A stretch of DNA of 64,000 bases. Source: an uncultured Clostridia bacterium (GTDB lineage: Bacteria; Bacillota; Clostridia; Christensenellales; UBA1242). The notes below the pieces were generated by a model, which saw only the letters and a list, made by a program, of their open reading frames with translations, made no database searches and was not told the DNA's origin. This document shows, one piece after another, positions 8,859 to 18,800 of this stretch. Location: contig CALBKX010000015.1 of the NCBI GenBank assembly GCA_937895935.1, positions 31,079 to 95,078 of the forward strand. The letters run 5' to 3'. A program made the position numbers and the translations under genes. Position 1 is the stretch's first letter, and each line of letters starts with the position of its first letter.

Positions 8859-10528
8859 AACATATCATCCCAGTCTTTCTTTTCAGCTAAAGTTCCAAAA
8901 GCTTCTTTAATATCATCTGCAGTTAAATTTTCAGTTTCTTTTGGTTCAATAGCACAACTGCTTTCTAATAAAGAATCACTAACTTCACCAGTATTATACA
9001 ATTTTAATTCATCATTAAAGCTGCCGTTTTTTAAAACAGAATAATTTGCTAAATTAAAATCAGTTAAAATACGACCTTGAGCATCTGTTATAAACAAGTC
9101 TTTTCGGCGACAAATGCCTAAATCATTCTTACAAAAAATTCTTACCATATTCCAACGTCCACGTCGATTTTTATATACATCAATTACTAAATTCGGCTCT
9201 CCAAAACTAAAAATATATTCTGAATATGGCTGTAATTCTTCTCTTGTTGGTCGGCTCATGATACAACCTACGTCTACCAAATCAGCTATCGAGCGTGACC
9301 CTCTGACTTTCTTATAATCTCTGAATCCCCCCTTTGGGTCGTCATCTCCAGAAATTTGAGTTGAAGTCATAATAAAACTATTTAGTTCTACTGCTAAATT
9401 TTTTAATGCTGTTGTAAATAATCTTAAACAGACGTGTTCCGGCAATTTCAAATCTCGATATTCCTCTAACATTGCCGGACTTGAGAATATATAATCATAA
9501 AAGAAATTTTCTACACCATATTGTAAATTATATCGCCTGAATAGATTTTTAATAACACTTGAACTTGGGTCAGGTATTCGTGCGAATAGAACGTTATCTT
9601 TATATTTTTCCATAATAGAAATTGCCACATTTATTCGTTCCATGTGTTCTTCTGCATAATTTCCATAAAGAAATATTTCTTCATTATAACCAGTTAAATA
9701 AGCCAAAATCATTGTTTTAATTTCTTCTGGGTCTTGTTCGGTCATTACATATAACACTTTTTCACAATTTCCCGTTGAAACCCATTCATTTTTGTTAATA
9801 TCGTATCTAATTGGATAAGCGATACAGCAACAATCTCCTACCATTTGCCTTGATTTGCCGATACTAGTTGAGCCTGAACGCAAATACATTTTTCCTTTTC
9901 TGCCACCACGACAAATGGTATTAAAAATATCTCCCTGTAATGGACATCCAACTTCTGGCTCTTCTTTTAACTCCTTAATTAAATCTCTAATATTATCAGA
10001 AGCTCGACTTTCAGATAATTGATTGTTTAATACGAATTTCTTTTCATAATTTGCCACTTCACTTTTTAAAAGATTAATAATGTCATTAGGAGTCATTGTT
10101 TCAAACTTGTCATTAATTTTATTATAATCTGGACTTAGAACATCTTCACAATAAATATCACTAACATCTTTTCCCGTTCTTTGTAAATCTTTTAGTAAAT
10201 TTAGTTTTTTTAAATTATTATAATAATAACTAAAGTTTTTTGGCTCACATTCGTTTTCACAATCTTGTAAAAAACTAATTCCATTTTCTTTTTCAATCAA
10301 ATTTTTTGCTTTAGAATTGGTGTCTAAATAATTTACAATATCAACAGTTCTAATAGCTTCAGCACCTTGTGTATACAAGTTATAAATTGCTGAAAAAATG
10401 TATTTATCCATTGTTTGTGGGAAATCATCTTTCTCTAATAAATATTTATCTGTATCGTTTAATAACGACGGCTGTGCCATTAATGAACCCAAAATTTGAA
10501 TTACCGTATGTCTATCAACTTGAATCAA
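8855..10528 (-). CDS. dnaB: Replicative DNA helicase (DnaB family)
   Basis: DnaB N-terminal domain pattern, Walker A GSTSIGKS, RecA-like C-terminal domain. Confidence 0.75.
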   Translation of the reverse strand: MIQVDRHTVIQILGSLMAQPSLLNDTDKYLLEKDDFPQTMDKYIFSAIYNLYTQGAEAIRTVDIVNYLDTNSKAKNLIEKENGISFLQDCENECEPKNFSYYYNNLKKLNLLKDLQRTGKDVSDIYCEDVLSPDYNKINDKFETMTPNDIINLLKSEVANYEKKFVLNNQLSESRASDNIRDLIKELKEEPEVGCPLQGDIFNTICRGGRKGKMYLRSGSTSIGKSRQMVGDCCCIAYPIRYDINKNEWVSTGNCEKVLYVMTEQDPEEIKTMILAYLTGYNEEIFLYGNYAEEHMERINVAISIMEKYKDNVLFARIPDPSSSVIKNLFRRYNLQYGVENFFYDYIFSSPAMLEEYRDLKLPEHVCLRLFTTALKNLAVELNSFIMTSTQISGDDDPKGGFRDYKKVRGSRSIADLVDVGCIMSRPTREELQPYSEYIFSFGEPNLVIDVYKNRRGRWNMVRIFCKNDLGICRRKDLFITDAQGRILTDFNLANYSVLKNGSFNDELKLYNTGEVSDSLLESSCAIEPKETENLTADDIKEAFGTLAEKKDWDDML

Positions 10529-10555
10529 TAAGTATCACTCCTTTTCTATAATAAT

Positions 10556-10584
10556 ATTATAACACATTATTGATACAATAGCAA
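10556..10584 (-). promoter_or_regulatory. Sigma-A type promoter (TTGCTA-17-TGtTATAAT)
   Basis: The rc reads ttgcta...aataatgtgttataatattattatagaaaagg. Confidence 0.55.
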
Positions 10585-10586
10585 AA

Positions 10587-11267
10587 TTATTCAATAGAAT
10601 CTAAATCAATTTGTTTCTTTTTCTTTCTCTTTTTATACAAAAATTGAGATGGATTATAAGGAATTTCAATTCTGTCTCTTTCTAATTGCTTTTTAATTTG
10701 TTCTTCAATTAACTTTTGTTCCGCCGCCTTTTCTTTATAATAATTTATTGAATCTTTTAGAACATAAGTGATAATACCGATTGTTTTATACTCTTCTTTT
10801 ACTCTATTTCTTTTAATTTCATAAAAGTATTTCAAAGTTAAAAGCTGGGCTTTATAAGAAATTCCTTGATTTAACATTCGGTTCATTAATGTTAAATTAT
10901 GAACACTTACTGGTTCTTCTTCTGAATTAACTCCAAAAAGTCTAATAATGTAATAAAACAAAGCATCTCTATCATCATAATTTTTCTTTTTTAACTCTTT
11001 GTTTTCTTCTGATAAATATTTTCCGGCAATAGCATATGAAATGTTTAATTCTTTTGCTACACGAGATAGATTTTTGTATTCTTTGTATTTTTTATTTATT
11101 TCATTAATCAATTCGGGAGATAGTTCTTTTCTAACTTTCTTCTTATTTGAATATTTGCTTACAGTTGCCGGACTTAGTTTCAAAATTTCTGCCACTTCTT
11201 TTTGTGTTTTTTCTTTTAAAAGTTCATTAATTTGCTCTACAATTTCCGGCGTAATTTTAGTTCTCAT
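10587..11267 (-). CDS. Helix-turn-helix DNA-binding protein (two HTH repeats), function unknown
   Basis: Start revised to ATG 11267 (RBS GAGAGG, promoter at 11301-11329). Repeats TQKEVAEILKLSPATVSKY and LSRVAKELNISYAIAGKY. Confidence 0.5.
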   Translation of the reverse strand: MRTKITPEIVEQINELLKEKTQKEVAEILKLSPATVSKYSNKKKVRKELSPELINEINKKYKEYKNLSRVAKELNISYAIAGKYLSEENKELKKKNYDDRDALFYYIIRLFGVNSEEEPVSVHNLTLMNRMLNQGISYKAQLLTLKYFYEIKRNRVKEEYKTIGIITYVLKDSINYYKEKAAEQKLIEEQIKKQLERDRIEIPYNPSQFLYKKRKKKKQIDLDSIE

Positions 11268-11300
11268 ATTTACCGACCTCTCTTTTCTCTTTCTATATTT

Positions 11301-11329
11301 ATTATAGCATATTTTAAAAGGAGAATCAA
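11301..11329 (-). promoter_or_regulatory. Sigma-A type promoter (TTGATT-17-TGcTATAAT); the -35 lies in the loop of the upstream terminator hairpin
   Basis: The rc reads ttgattctccttttaaaatatgctataataaatatagaaag. The hairpin is gggagaat/attctcc at 11320-11348. Confidence 0.55.
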
Positions 11330-11356
11330 GAAAATTCTCAATTCTCCCTTTTTGTT

Positions 11357-12175
11357 TTATTTTATTTTTAAATAAGGACATTTACGTTTTAGTTCTAGCA
11401 AAATTCTTTCATAGTATCTTTTTCTTTTATTGTAATTATAATCGTCTTTATTGGATTTAGGATAGAATTTTAAGCACTTTTTCGCATCAACTGGATAATT
11501 CATAATATTGTTTATTAATGTAAAGATGTATAATTTGCCATAAACCGTCTTCATATCTAAAATAACTTTTTCGTTTTTAAAGAATGCTGACAAACCTAAA
11601 TACTTAATAGGAAAAGCAATTTTACATTTTTTATCCTCTGTGATTTCTATTAATCCCTCTTTATATAACTCTTTAATTGATTGATTCGCTTTTGCGGTAG
11701 TTCCTTTGTGTGCCTTACTTGAAAATAAGAAAATTAATTTATCAATAGAGATTGGTTCTTTTTTATATAATAAATAAATTAAAATTGTATCATAGAAGAG
11801 TGGATTCCTATTCAATCTTAATATTCTTTGATAATAATCCTTCTCTTCTTTGTTATCTTCAATAACAGAGTTTTCTTTTTTATCAACTTGTTCTTTAGAA
11901 AAAGTTAAATTTGTATTTAATCTTAAATTATAGCCTTTCGGTTCGAGTGTATCATATTTATGGATATAAAAATCTTCCCAATAAGACAATTGGCTAATAA
12001 TATCTACTTCTTTTAAAATTTCAAAAGTAAAATTTTCAATTCCTTCTTTTTCTATAATCTTGTCAATATATTGGTCGCCCTTGCAATGCTCATCTAATCT
12101 TTTGCCACAATGAATTGATTGACCGATATAACTTTTCCCATTTTTCTTATTTGTAATTTTATAGATTCCTTTCAT
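11357..12175 (-). CDS. Free-standing GIY-YIG homing endonuclease
   Basis: KGIYKITNKKNGKSYIGQS...RLDEH GIY-YIG module. Intergenic position between the phoH-like and HTH genes. Confidence 0.7.
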   Translation of the reverse strand: MKGIYKITNKKNGKSYIGQSIHCGKRLDEHCKGDQYIDKIIEKEGIENFTFEILKEVDIISQLSYWEDFYIHKYDTLEPKGYNLRLNTNLTFSKEQVDKKENSVIEDNKEEKDYYQRILRLNRNPLFYDTILIYLLYKKEPISIDKLIFLFSSKAHKGTTAKANQSIKELYKEGLIEITEDKKCKIAFPIKYLGLSAFFKNEKVILDMKTVYGKLYIFTLINNIMNYPVDAKKCLKFYPKSNKDDYNYNKRKRYYERILLELKRKCPYLKIK

Positions 12176-12195
12176 TTTTTTATTACATCCTTTTC

Positions 12196-12600
12196 TTAAA
12201 TTTCATCCAAATATTCTGCCGCCTGAGCAACTAAACTACGTTCAATTCTTCTTAGCTTTACCGCAGCAAAAATTTTAGAATAAATTGGAGATTCTCTTAA
12301 TTTCAGCAATAACTTTAAACCACTCTTATCTTTAAAAATTAAGCTGTCTGTTTGTTTTAAATCACCATCAAAAAAGATTCTGCTATTTTCGCCGCAACGA
12401 GAAATCAAAAGCTTAATATGGTATTCAGTTAAGTTTTGTGCTTCATTGATAATAACAATAGCATTTGAAAAACTGCGTCCTCTGATAGAAGCAATAGGAA
12501 CGACTTCTAATTCTTCTAGTTCAATCATATTTTGAACTCTGTCGATTCCGATTAAGTCAATTAACGGGCCAATTTGACCACTGATTTTTGGGAGTAAATC
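12196..12600 (-). CDS. phoH: PIN-PhoH ATPase, exon 3
   Basis: Begins DLLPKISGQIGPLIDL, continuing the GxLPG|DL.eK PhoH motif. Contains INEAQN (Walker B region). Length 405 nt, in frame. Confidence 0.8.
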   Translation of the reverse strand, partial: DLLPKISGQIGPLIDLIGIDRVQNMIELEELEVVPIASIRGRSFSNAIVIINEAQNLTEYHIKLLISRCGENSRIFFDGDLKQTDSLIFKDKSGLKLLLKLRESPIYSKIFAAVKLRRIERSLVAQAAEYLDEI

Positions 12601-12853
12601 CTTTTAGACTATATCTTATTTTAAAAAATAAATTTTAACACTTCGATTTTTAAAAATCTACTTCCATAAGGAATAGTCGTTGAACGTCTTTCTTAAAAAA
12701 GAAATTTCGCTGCGGATTGTTCAAAAACATATCTTTTTACTATACTGATTTTATTAAAATCACCGCAATAATATTCCCTATTATTGTTTAGTAATATGTT
12801 CTTTATAGAATATTCCCGCAATTCATTAAATTTTAGCCGAGCAATTCGCTTCC
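12601..12853 (-). mobile_element. ORF-less group I intron (253 nt) in phoH-like gene
   Basis: The 5' exon ends in U (ccg ggt) and the last intron base is G (12601). Joining gives GTLPG|DLLPK. Contains the gactat/atagtc pairing and blocks shared with other introns. Confidence 0.8.
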
Positions 12854-12976
12854 ACCCGGCAGTGTCCCTACTTCCAAAGAGTCTTTTGTATAAGCGTTAT
12901 TTGGAACATAAATAATTTTTGAAATTTTTCCTCTTTCTAATTCTTGTAAAGCAAAATTTGTTAAGATGTAGCTTTT
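12854..12976 (-). CDS. phoH: PIN-PhoH ATPase, exon 2 (41 codons)
   Basis: KSYILTNFALQELERGKISKIIYVPNNAYTKDSLEVGTLPG completes Walker A (GSG|KS). 123 nt, in frame. Confidence 0.8.
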
Positions 12977-13216
12977 CCTTTATACCGTCCTTTTCAGGAT
13001 ACTTTAACACTTTTGTCGGAGTAGACTATATCTTCTTCATTGAAATGAAGTGTGGTTTTTCGGATTTAAAAAATCTACTTCCATAAGGAATAGTCGTTGA
13101 ACTTCCCGTTGGCTAAACGGTTTAGCTGCTGATTACCATATTAACATTAATTTAGGCGTTCCAGCAATTAACCACATTATTCAATATATATTACTATATA
13201 AGGGAGCTAATTAATA
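12977..13216 (-). mobile_element. ORF-less group I intron (240 nt) splitting the Walker A motif of the phoH-like gene
   Basis: Exon 1 ends GCAGSG (ggt, U). The intron ends in G (12977). The next exon starts KS. Confidence 0.8.
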
Positions 13217-13918
13217 ACCCGAACCTGCACAGCCTCCAGCATAAATAATTTTATTATCTCTATCAGATAGTGCGGCAAGTAAGCATTGCTGTTCAGTATT
13301 TCTTGCTCTTAAAGTATCTATATACTTATTATGAATAGCATAAGTATCTTTAACTAAATTAAGTCTAAACCCATCATAACGAAAGGCGGTGATGTCTTTA
13401 TAATCTTCAATTCCATATTTATCAATTTCTTTTTCATACTTATTCTTAACAATCAAAAATTGATTATAATTAAGTTTTAGACCTTCTGGCACAATTCCTT
13501 TTTCATAGACATCTTCCAGTTCTTTAGAATACAGATTGCTATCCAAATCTGGAGACCAATAAGCTACACCGCTATATTCGTCTTTATCACCATATCCTTC
13601 AGTTTTAATACCTTTAATAATGGCTTGAACTTTAAGATATACATCATTTGTAATAAGAATACCATCGTTTTCTTTTGTAATATCTAAAAGCTGCTCATCC
13701 ACAACTTTGTCTCGATAAGTCGAATCCCATTTTAATTTATCTAAATTTCTTGAAATATAAACTGCCGCCCGCCGTGCTTTTTCAGCAACCTCTTTATTTA
13801 AATGCTTTTTTAGTCCATCTAATTCTTTTAGAACAGATAAAGCAATTAAATTATCGTCTTCTTTTTCTACAATTTGTGGATAATCTAATAGAACATTTGT
13901 ATCAATAATTTTTTTCAA
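13217..13918 (-). CDS. phoH: PIN-PhoH ATPase, exon 1 (PIN domain plus first half of the P-loop)
   Basis: N-terminal IIDTNVLLD PIN signature. Ends GGCAGSG. TTG start with RBS AGGAGTGG. Confidence 0.75.
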
Positions 13919-13942
13919 TCGCCGCCACTCCTATAAATAAGT

Positions 13943-13974
13943 AAAATAAAAGGGGAGATAATTGCTATCTCCCC
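13943..13974 (-). terminator. Rho-independent terminator
   Basis: Hairpin ggggagata/tatctcccc followed by a U-run on the minus strand. Confidence 0.7.
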
Positions 13975-13980
13975 AAAGAA

Positions 13981-14976
13981 TTAGTCAAAGTTTAGACTAT
14001 CTTTAATTTCTCTAAGAGAGTCTTCTAATTCAGTCTTTTGTTCTGATGTAATTTCAGAAAATTTAATCGTTTTTTCAAAATTCTTTTCTAAAATAGTCAT
14101 AATTGCTTCTTTTTGGTCTACTGTTGCCTTAATCCAGATATTCTTTGCTTCTTCCATTAATTCATCAAAAGTTTTGCTAAAATAAATATTTTCTTCATCA
14201 GTCGCTTCATCACCGCTTGCTGCAGCTTCTTTATCGATAGCTTCATAAATAGCATTGACAAAATCATTATAATTTAACTTAACTTTAGGGACAATATAAT
14301 GAAAACGACACTTGGTTAAGAATCTTTCATCACTTCTCAGGAAAATGTATCTTTCATGAACAATCTTATCATCTCGCTTTTCAGGCACATCTCTAATATA
14401 ACCAATAATGTCTACAAACTTATTAATAAGCAAGAACGGTCTATTAGGTAAAGCAGGAACAATTTGATTATATTCTTGCCCAAGGTCATTAATCTTTGGC
14501 TTTTCAGTTTCGTGAGAAATGAATAACAAACCGTATCCATAATAAACTAATTCTCTAAAAGAATCCATAAATTCATTATCAAGAATCTTATACCCACCAC
14601 CATAGCCTGCAACATCCTTAATAGTTTCCGCATCATGTTCATTACAAACATACTTTTCACAAAGTTTATATGCTTCATCTACTGTATCAATTACTAAAAT
14701 TTCATATTTATCTAAAAGTAAAGGTTTCTTTGTCTTGGGTTCTGTTCTTTTTAATTGCTTAACGAAATCCTTATAATCACTCCAACTTTTAACAGGAGCA
14801 ACATATTTATCATGCAATCCATTTGTGCCGGGTTCAAAAGACAAGATAAGAGATTTAGGAAATTTTGAAGCCAATGTAGTCTTCCCACATCCCGCTGCCC
14901 CGTACAATAAAGTTATCTTTCCTTTTAAATTTCTACTGATTTTCTGTGGTTCAAGTTCAAATAAATTTAAAGCCAT
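13981..14976 (-). CDS. Sak4-like / AAA_24 family recombination ATPase
   Basis: Walker A LLYGAAGCGKTT and Walker B LVIDTVDE. Start revised to ATG 14976 (RBS GGAGG). Confidence 0.6.
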   Translation of the reverse strand: MALNLFELEPQKISRNLKGKITLLYGAAGCGKTTLASKFPKSLILSFEPGTNGLHDKYVAPVKSWSDYKDFVKQLKRTEPKTKKPLLLDKYEILVIDTVDEAYKLCEKYVCNEHDAETIKDVAGYGGGYKILDNEFMDSFRELVYYGYGLLFISHETEKPKINDLGQEYNQIVPALPNRPFLLINKFVDIIGYIRDVPEKRDDKIVHERYIFLRSDERFLTKCRFHYIVPKVKLNYNDFVNAIYEAIDKEAAASGDEATDEENIYFSKTFDELMEEAKNIWIKATVDQKEAIMTILEKNFEKTIKFSEITSEQKTELEDSLREIKDSLNFD

Positions 14977-15008
14977 AAATATTATTTCCTCCAAAAAGTA
15001 AAATAGAT

Positions 15009-15035
15009 ATAAAAATAGGGGAACTTAATCCCCTA
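15009..15035 (-). terminator. Rho-independent terminator
   Basis: Hairpin tagggga/tccccta plus a U5 run on the minus strand. Confidence 0.65.
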
Positions 15036-15040
15036 TTAAC

Positions 15041-15982
15041 TTAGAAATCAAATTCACTACCCATTACATTTGATGTCTTTTGCTTATTTGCACTATTTGC
15101 CTTTTGCTTGGCTTGTTCAATTCTTGCCTGTCTTTCCGTTAAGGCTTGCTGAATATCGCCCATATCATAACTTTGAGCTTCGTCATTTGGCATTGTGCCG
15201 CCAGTAATAATAAGTTCTCTTACATTTACTGTATGATGTTCTACTACTGGTTCACCAAATGCTTGTTCAATTTTCTTTACTTCATCCTTAACAGAATACT
15301 TAATTCTACCGACAATGTTTACTGTATCACCCTTGTTCCAATTTTCAGAAATAAAGTCATATGCCTGAGAATTTTCGCTTTCAGCAATAAATTCTACAAC
15401 ATCCACTCGACCTTGATAACCTACAAGAATAACCTTAACTTTTAACCGTCCTGTATTTTCACCATCACGATTGACTTCTTCCTTAACAGAGCCAATTACA
15501 ACATTATTAAGATTAAAAGTAGCACAATCAACATCCTTTGATGTTGCTTCTTTAGCACTTAGTATTCTGAACTTTGTAATGCTTACTTCCTTATCCGTTC
15601 CAGCAGGAATATAAACATTTTCACCAATTGAGCCGCCCTTCCTACCATCAGCACCAATAGAAATTCTTGTTGCTCTTTCTGGCTTATCACCTGCGGCGGA
15701 CAAAGAAATAAAATCCTTAAATCTTTGACCGTTATTGTAAATAGGATTAATGCCGCCCTTAGAACAATCCTTATTAGCATACAATTCAATCGGAACTTCA
15801 CATTGAGTTAATACGCCATTAATTTCTTGGTCTAAACGAACCATAGCATTTACTCGAACATAATCACGTCCTTGTGGATGTGCATCTGTTGACTTACTAC
15901 GTCCTTCCTTAATATCAATCGTAGATAGCGTTCCTGTAATCACAAAATTATTATAACTCTCATTTTCCTTAATATTTAACAT
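15041..15982 (-). CDS. Probable single-stranded DNA-binding protein
   Basis: Position between the recombination ATPase and topoisomerase genes. Gln/Ala-rich linker and acidic-aromatic C-terminal tip ...GSEFDF, typical of SSB tails. Confidence 0.45.
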   Translation of the reverse strand: MLNIKENESYNNFVITGTLSTIDIKEGRSKSTDAHPQGRDYVRVNAMVRLDQEINGVLTQCEVPIELYANKDCSKGGINPIYNNGQRFKDFISLSAAGDKPERATRISIGADGRKGGSIGENVYIPAGTDKEVSITKFRILSAKEATSKDVDCATFNLNNVVIGSVKEEVNRDGENTGRLKVKVILVGYQGRVDVVEFIAESENSQAYDFISENWNKGDTVNIVGRIKYSVKDEVKKIEQAFGEPVVEHHTVNVRELIITGGTMPNDEAQSYDMGDIQQALTERQARIEQAKQKANSANKQKTSNVMGSEFDF

Positions 15983-16052
15983 TCAATATCCTCCAAAAAA
16001 AAATAATAGTAGTAAGTTTTAAGAATAAGTGGGGAGATTAACTCCCCTTATA

Positions 16053-16337
16053 TTATTCAATTGTTAGGTTCATACCAGCATCTGTTAGAGTAAAATACTT
16101 CACATCCTTAACCGTTGTAGTTCCATCTGGATTCTGAATTTCTGTTGGCATAGAAAATCTTTCAATATAATCTACGCCTGCCTTCTTACCCTTACGCTCA
16201 ATTGTTAGAACAGCACCAGTAATCTGCTGAACTTTTTCAACACCAAGAGCTTCCTGAACCTGCTTGGCAGTAAACTTAGCACCAGCACCATTACTCTTTA
16301 GAAAATCTAGAACCTTAATTGTATTAATACTTGCCAT
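16053..16337 (-). CDS. Hypothetical small protein (94 aa), possibly DNA-binding
   Basis: ORF with its own promoter, a 5' UTR hairpin (aaatagc/gctattt) and a terminator-like hairpin at 16024-16050. Confidence 0.4.
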   Translation of the reverse strand: MASINTIKVLDFLKSNGAGAKFTAKQVQEALGVEKVQQITGAVLTIERKGKKAGVDYIERFSMPTEIQNPDGTTTVKDVKYFTLTDAGMNLTIE

Positions 16338-16410
16338 AAAAACATCTCTCCTTTAAAATAATAAATTTTATATCTTAAATAGCTGGTGTGCTATTTAATT
16401 TACTATAATT

Positions 16411-16439
16411 AGTATAACATGATTTTTATTTAAAATCAA
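16411..16439 (-). promoter_or_regulatory. Sigma-A type promoter (TTGATT-17-TGtTATACT)
   Basis: The rc reads ttgattttaaataaaaatcatgttatactaattatagtaaatt. Confidence 0.55.
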
Positions 16440-18787
16440 CTTTTTGCTTTAAGCAAATTTGTGATTTCTTGATTTGTTCCTTTCACACCTAAAGCATTTT
16501 TGGAAACAAGAGAAATTTCTTTTGTATTAATTCTTACTGTTCCCTCATTTCCTATAATAATTATATCACAATCCTTATCAGTAGTCAAGAATTTGATAAC
16601 ATAATCATTGTCTTTTACTTTTGAAATCTTATTTCCCATGGTTGCTCTGCCTTGTGCATGATATTCAGATAGCAATGTCTTTTTAATTAAACCATTATGC
16701 GTGGCGGCAACTAAATTTGTAGAGTTGTTAGAAATTGCTTTCGCATCAATTACATAGTCATTTGATTGTAATTTAATTCCTTTTACTCCAGTAGATTGCC
16801 GTCCAATAGCCTCGATACTATCTGAATCGGTAATTAAAAAGTTATTTTTCTTTGTTAAAATTCCAATTTTTTCGTCATTAATTAAACAAACATTTAATAC
16901 TTCATCCCCTTCTTTCAATTTAATTGCCGCCAGACCTCTTTTAGAGCAGCTATTATATAACTTGCTCTCTGACTTTTTAATCATACCATTCTTTGTGATA
17001 AAAAGCAAATATTTGTAAGCATTCTTTTTTTCTGTAGAAATAATGGTAGTAATAATTTCGTCATCAGCTAAGTCCAAAAGTTGTGAGTAATGAACACGAC
17101 CAATTGGAATTTCACTAGCCGGAATTTGATACATTTTCCCCTTATTTGTAAAAACTAGAATATTACTATAATTAGAATCTGTAAGTGAAAAGATAGATAC
17201 TTCGTCCGGCTTCATTTTTAATTTTTTTCCTTTTGCTCCTCGTTTTTGAGTAATTAAAGTGGAAGATTCCATTGTATAAAAATTGCCCATGTTAGTATAA
17301 TTGATTAGTAGTTCTTTTTGTTCAATAGGTTCAGCTTCTTCATCATCAGAAGTAAAGTCCAGATTAATCACCTTTGTCCGGCGTTCATCACCATAAACTT
17401 TTGCCACTTCTCTTAAATCATCTTCAATTTCTTTATAAAGTAATTTTTTGTTGTTTAAAACATTATTATGATACTCTTGCTCTTTTAATAATTTTTCTTT
17501 TTCATCATTAAAAGATTGAATTTCTAAATGAATAAGTCTTGATAGAGTCATTTTAAGAATTGCATCTACTTGTTCTTCATTATACCCAAATCTTTCAATT
17601 AATTTTACTTTGGCTTCATCTTTATCATTTGATTCTCGAATTAAACTAACTACTTCATTAATATTAGCAATAGCTATTAAAAGTCCAGCAATAATATTTA
17701 ATCTTTTATTAATAGCTTTTAAATCAAATTGATGTGCTTTTGTTCTTACAGAAATTTCATGGTCTAAATGAGCTTGCAATGCCTCTTTCCAACCAAATAC
17801 TTTTGGTCTTGTGCCGCCGTCAAGCATAACCATATTAATTCCATAGTAAGATTGTAGAGATGTCTTTTTATATAAAATTTTTAATACTCTCTGATAGTTA
17901 GCACTTTTAGATAAATAAATTTTAATATTAGGAGAAACTTTTGTTAAATCCAGCACCTTATCAATTCCAACCAATTCACCGTTATCAATTAATTCTTTAA
18001 TTTCCCCACAAATTGTATTAGTAAAAACACCAAAAGGAATTTCTCTTACAATTAAAATTCGTTCCGATTCGTCATAATCAATTACACTTCTGATACAACA
18101 TGATTTTCCTGTTCCATTCCTTAAAGATTCTTTTACTTCTTTTTCATTTAAAATTACACCACCACTAATGAAATCCGGCGGACAATAAATTTCATCAAAA
18201 GAAATGTCAGGATTATATAATAATTTAATCATAGCATTATTGGTTTCTTTTAAGGAAAATTGCGGAATTGATGAAGAAATTCCACAAGAGATTCCAGTTG
18301 ACCCATTTACAATATTATAAAATCCTAAAGACGGTAAAACAGAGGGAAATTTTTTAGTATTAGAAAAATTATCAAACCAAACATCAATTGTATCTTTATC
18401 TAACGATTCAAAAAGTTTATCACCTAATTTATTTAAACGCATTTTGGTATATCTACTGGCGGCTTCTGAATTAGCAGATAATAAAGAACCAGTAGAGCCA
18501 TGAAAATCTTCCAAAGGATAACGCATAACATACTCTTTACCATATCTTGCTAAAAGCTTATAACAACTTGAATCACCATGTAAATAATAATTTTTAATAC
18601 ATTCGCCAACAGACGCTGGTGAAGGCTGAATTGTATGTGAGCTATCAATTTTAGCTTCTTTTTGAGCGAAAAAACACATTCGAGCAGAAGGTTTAATATT
18701 ATCTCTAACGTCAGTAATAGCTCTTTGCTGGATAGTCATTGCGGCATATCCAGAAAAAGCTTCTTTAATTGTATTTACTAATTTCAA
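16436..18787 (-). CDS. Type II topoisomerase subunit A (GyrA/ParC-like)
   Basis: QRAITDVRDNIKP and the active-site region AASRYTKMRL. C-terminal beta-pinwheel-like repeats. Confidence 0.8.
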   Translation of the reverse strand: MKLVNTIKEAFSGYAAMTIQQRAITDVRDNIKPSARMCFFAQKEAKIDSSHTIQPSPASVGECIKNYYLHGDSSCYKLLARYGKEYVMRYPLEDFHGSTGSLLSANSEAASRYTKMRLNKLGDKLFESLDKDTIDVWFDNFSNTKKFPSVLPSLGFYNIVNGSTGISCGISSSIPQFSLKETNNAMIKLLYNPDISFDEIYCPPDFISGGVILNEKEVKESLRNGTGKSCCIRSVIDYDESERILIVREIPFGVFTNTICGEIKELIDNGELVGIDKVLDLTKVSPNIKIYLSKSANYQRVLKILYKKTSLQSYYGINMVMLDGGTRPKVFGWKEALQAHLDHEISVRTKAHQFDLKAINKRLNIIAGLLIAIANINEVVSLIRESNDKDEAKVKLIERFGYNEEQVDAILKMTLSRLIHLEIQSFNDEKEKLLKEQEYHNNVLNNKKLLYKEIEDDLREVAKVYGDERRTKVINLDFTSDDEEAEPIEQKELLINYTNMGNFYTMESSTLITQKRGAKGKKLKMKPDEVSIFSLTDSNYSNILVFTNKGKMYQIPASEIPIGRVHYSQLLDLADDEIITTIISTEKKNAYKYLLFITKNGMIKKSESKLYNSCSKRGLAAIKLKEGDEVLNVCLINDEKIGILTKKNNFLITDSDSIEAIGRQSTGVKGIKLQSNDYVIDAKAISNNSTNLVAATHNGLIKKTLLSEYHAQGRATMGNKISKVKDNDYVIKFLTTDKDCDIIIIGNEGTVRINTKEISLVSKNALGVKGTNQEITNLLKAKS

Positions 18788-18800
18788 TTAGAACACCACC

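Noticed and set aside
8855-10528. The DnaB-like helicase is ~100 aa longer than typical, raising the possibility of an intein
   Set aside because: No intein block motifs were seen (a Cys/Ser at a splice junction followed by a ...HN-C/S/T end). The extra length is spread over N-terminal and C-terminal extensions.
10999-11307. Plus-strand ORF 10999-11307, and similar antisense ORFs at 9114-9317, 10369-10551, 15146-15445 and 15583-15801
   Set aside because: All are embedded in or antisense to genes with clear homology-type motifs (helicase, HTH, SSB-like). They are shadow ORFs.
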